Positions 61,309 through 64,000 of a DNA stretch of 64,000 nucleotides are shown here, piece by piece. Origin of the DNA: an uncultured Gemmatimonadales bacterium. GTDB taxonomy: Bacteria; Gemmatimonadota; Gemmatimonadetes; Gemmatimonadales; GWC2-71-9. The notes beneath the pieces were generated by a model, which searched no databases, was not told the origin of the DNA, and saw only the letters and a list, made by a program, of their open reading frames with translations. Within the stretch, counting starts at the first letter, position 1, and the number at the start of each line of letters is the position of its first letter. Position numbers and translations under genes: made by a program. Location of the stretch: positions 608,001 through 672,000 of the forward strand of contig CAVZZO010000001.1 in the NCBI GenBank assembly GCA_963779755.1, in the 5' to 3' direction.

Positions 61309-61389
61309 GTCAGCCTGAGGCCGCGAGAGCGGCCGAAGGGACCGAGGCCGAAGGACGGTTTCGGCCGCTTCGCTGCGCTCAGCGTGACA
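61309..61389. repeat. Single GTCA.CCTGAG...CTCAG.GTGAC REP-like hairpin (same family as the 39.4 kb array; degenerate copies near 49405-49470 and 55240-55297)
   Basis: gtcagcctgaggccgcgagagcggccgaaggg...cttcgctgcgctcagcgtgac. Confidence 0.8.
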
Positions 61390-61583
61390 GCCTTCCAGGT
61401 TCCAGTTAGCACAAACGCCCCTGCTCGTCCATCCGTTGCTCCGCGATGGTACCCGGGGAATCCGGCGGCGTCGCAACCGGAACCCCTGAAACGCAGGCTC
61501 GCCGAGACCGTCCAGGTCATCCCACCCGGCCTCAAGCACCGTCGGCCGCGAAGCGGGCCGTCCGCCCAGTCGTGCCGCGGGTT

Positions 61584-62082
61584 CTAGCCCGGAATCTCGC
61601 GGTTCGAGTAGTACGCGCGCCAGCCGGGAAAGTCGTGTGCGATCCAGTGCTGGAGCGCCGCGTAGACTTTCCCGTAGTAGCCGCGTTCGCAGGCGGCCGG
61701 TGTGACCCACCAGCTGGCGTCCACATCGAGTCGAGAGTTCGGCGGTCAAGGGTGTGCGCCGGCCGAGGGGGTAGAGGTAGGCGCAGCCGAGGTATTCGCC
61801 GGCGGTCGTGTAGAGGGCGTAGCTGAACGAGTATTCCTCGCGGAACTCGCACTCGTGCCACATGAGGTCGACGAGGTCGTAGTCCTCGGTGACGGGCCCG
61901 GCGGGCCAGGGGCCGCCGCGCGTCTGCCGGATCAGGTCGAGGCTGGCATTGATCCCGCGCACGTCGTCTCTCAGGTGGGCGCGGGAAAGCGCCGTCGCCA
62001 CCAGGTCCTCGTAGGTCAGCGTCCTCGGCGCCGCGCACCCGCGCGGCAAAACGAGCTTCTTGGTCAACGGTGTGTAATCCAT
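61584..62082 (-). pseudogene. GNAT-like acetyltransferase, frameshifted near 61730
   Basis: DL.WHECEF...FSYA...YLGCAYLYP, then DVDASWWVT...YYSNREIPG* in a shifted frame; 2 nt short of a full ORF. Confidence 0.72.
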
Positions 62083-62102
62083 GGCGGATGGTGCCTCTCC
62101 GG

Positions 62103-62747
62103 TCAGGGTCGCTCGAATTTGAGGTGTGTCACGCCCGGAGCCGGCACCGTCTGCACCAGCTCGAGCCCGTGCAGATCCGTGCCCACGTCGTCGAACAGCC
62201 GCTCGCCGCCGCCCAGCAGGATCGGCACGAGGTGCAGTTGCATCTCGTCCACGAGCCCGGCCCTGAGATACTGCTGCGCCGCCTTCGCGCCTCCAGCGAG
62301 TGCGATGTCCATGTCTCCCGCCGCACGGCGTGCCTGCTCAAGCGCCGACTCGATGCCGTCCGTCACGAACCTGAACCTCGTTCCGCCTTCCATCGTAAGC
62401 GGCGCGCGCGGGTGATGCGTGAGCACGAACACGTGGTGGTGGAACGGCGGGTTCTTCCCCCACCATCCCTGCCACGGCGATGTCGTGCTCCACGGCCCGG
62501 GATGCCCGCCGAACATGTTGCGCCCCATGATCGTCGCGCCGATGTTCGCCAACTCTTCCTCGAAAACGGCCGAGTTTTCGTTCGCCACACCGCCCTGCTT
62601 TCCGTGTGCCGACAGCCAGGCGCTTAACTCGACCACCCAATCGTGCAGGCGCTCACCGCCCACCCCGAGCGGTTCCGCGAGGCTCTGGTTCGGACCGGCC
62701 ACGAAGCCGTCCAGTGACAGCGAGATTCTGAAGCGCAGTCTGGACAT
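62103..62747 (-). CDS. Dihydrofolate reductase / RibD C-terminal domain protein
   Basis: SLDGFVAGP, MGRNMF, WWGKNPPFH and AGGA..AQQYL.AGLVDE motifs. Confidence 0.9.
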   Translation of the reverse strand: MSRLRFRISLSLDGFVAGPNQSLAEPLGVGGERLHDWVVELSAWLSAHGKQGGVANENSAVFEEELANIGATIMGRNMFGGHPGPWSTTSPWQGWWGKNPPFHHHVFVLTHHPRAPLTMEGGTRFRFVTDGIESALEQARRAAGDMDIALAGGAKAAQQYLRAGLVDEMQLHLVPILLGGGERLFDDVGTDLHGLELVQTVPAPGVTHLKFERP

Positions 62748-62763
62748 GGGTACGCTCCTCGGA

Positions 62764-63687
62764 CTAGCGATCCTGCGGTGAGGTGCTCGGCGGGCCGTCT
62801 TCACCATTCAGGAACGGGAGCACGACCACCGGCACCAGCGGTGACAGCGCCATCTCGTAGTGGGTGAGGTTGGGCAGGATCGCGAGCCGGTTCGGCGACA
62901 TGTGCTCGCGCTGCCACCCTGCATCCCTCAGCCCGCCGCCCAGCAGCTGAAAGAAGCTCACGGCGTGCTCGGGGCGAATCATGTCGGCATCGCCGTACAC
63001 CAGCATGACCGGGCCCTTGAGCCGCTTCACTTCTTCCGACCAGTCGTACGACCGGCGCATCCATTCGCCCATGCGATCGAGCAGTCTCGGGAAATCCTGA
63101 GGCCGGGGGGCGAGTGCCGCGTAGGATTGGTAGATCGGGGTCCCTTTCATCTGGTCGGCCATGGCGGCGCCCACCGCCGCCTGCTGGGGCAGCATCTCGG
63201 GATGGAACCCGCTCGTCGCGTAGGGCGTCGACACGAGCACCAGGCGCCGCACCATCTCCGGATGCTGGATCGCGAGCCGCAGGGCGATGCCACCGCCCAT
63301 CGAGTAGCCGAGTACGTCAACCGTGTCGTACCCCGCCTGCCGCAGCACGCTGGCGATGTCGTCCGCCATGTCGCTGTAGTCAATCGGACGATCTCCCAGG
63401 GTCGTCCGGCCGTGGCCCTGGAGATCGACGGCGATGACCTGCCGTGCCCGGGCGAACTCCGGCAGGCCGGGCTCGAACAACCGGGTGGATCCCAGGCCAC
63501 CATGGAGCAGGAGCAGCGGCGCCCCGCGGCCATGGATCTCATAGTAGTAGTTGACGCCGTTCGCCGGCGCGTACCCCGTGCGCACCGGCCTGGGGGCGGC
63601 GGCGGGGGCGGGTGCCGGTTGCTGGGCATTCGCGGTAGCCATGATGAACGCTCCTGCGATCGCGAGTAGGGGGATTTTGGCCGGCAT
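62764..63687 (-). CDS. Secreted alpha/beta hydrolase
   Basis: LLHGG, DLQGHGRT and GYSMGG motifs; signal peptide. Confidence 0.9.
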   Translation of the reverse strand: MPAKIPLLAIAGAFIMATANAQQPAPAPAAAPRPVRTGYAPANGVNYYYEIHGRGAPLLLLHGGLGSTRLFEPGLPEFARARQVIAVDLQGHGRTTLGDRPIDYSDMADDIASVLRQAGYDTVDVLGYSMGGGIALRLAIQHPEMVRRLVLVSTPYATSGFHPEMLPQQAAVGAAMADQMKGTPIYQSYAALAPRPQDFPRLLDRMGEWMRRSYDWSEEVKRLKGPVMLVYGDADMIRPEHAVSFFQLLGGGLRDAGWQREHMSPNRLAILPNLTHYEMALSPLVPVVVLPFLNGEDGPPSTSPQDR

Positions 63688-63736
63688 GCTCGGTGTCCGG
63701 TGGATGGTCCTGGAGTGGCTTGGCTTCCATGATACC

Positions 63737-63763
63737 GTCGATCCGGCGGTGCGAAAATCGACA
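63737..63763 (-). promoter_or_regulatory. ECF42-like promoter TGTCGA-N17-CGAC
   Basis: Minus strand TGTCGAttttcgcaccgccggatCGAC, 50 nt before the hydrolase start. Confidence 0.65.
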
Positions 63764-64000
63764 TGATCGGTACGGTAGAAGCGAACCACCCTGTCCTCTC
63801 CCGGCCCGAAGTCATTCTGCAGGGCCGGAGCTGATTTCGCCGGTCCACCTCCGCCTCACCCGGGAATCTGGAAAGTACCGTCGGGCAGGGAAGGTGGCTG
63901 GGCTGCTTCACTCCAGTGACAAGCCCCGGCCGAGACCCGGCTTCAGCCGAGGGCAAGATTATCTGAGCTCCTGGGCGAGCCCGATCAGGATCCCTTCGGG

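Overview
High-GC bacterial chromosomal window. Gemmatimonadota is a plausible origin (gene style, Hanks kinases and REP types), but this is inference only. There are no core or housekeeping genes, rRNA, tRNA, CRISPR, integrase or transposase. The content is accessory: secreted hydrolases (M13 and M1 peptidases, amidase, pectin-acetylesterase-like, penicillin-acylase-like, MBL fold, alpha/beta hydrolases), redox/detox genes (two AKR, two F420/NADP oxidoreductase-like, three RibD-C/DHFR-like, two YciI/DGPF, VOC, SDR, non-haem haloperoxidase), an ECF sigma/anti-sigma pair divergent from a metallophosphoesterase-cupredoxin fusion, a large AAA-LuxR regulator, an ArsR plus tripartite RND pump, and two Ser/Thr kinases. 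Most notable by eye: (1) a soluble Ser/Thr kinase fused to a C-terminal BRCT-like domain; (2) a series of degenerate, co-oriented attC-like sites with no integrase, one of which has lost the stop codon of its gene through an R'' mutation; (3) two tandem arrays (about 164 bp and 174 bp units) built from REP-like palindromes, plus four REP-like families stacked in intergenic regions; (4) four copies of an ECF42-like TGTCGA-N16/17-CGWC promoter and twin back-to-back GGAATA-N17-GTCCAC promoters; (5) many gene fragments and 1-2 nt deletions, reflecting either decay or read error. All family calls come from motif recognition, not database searches.
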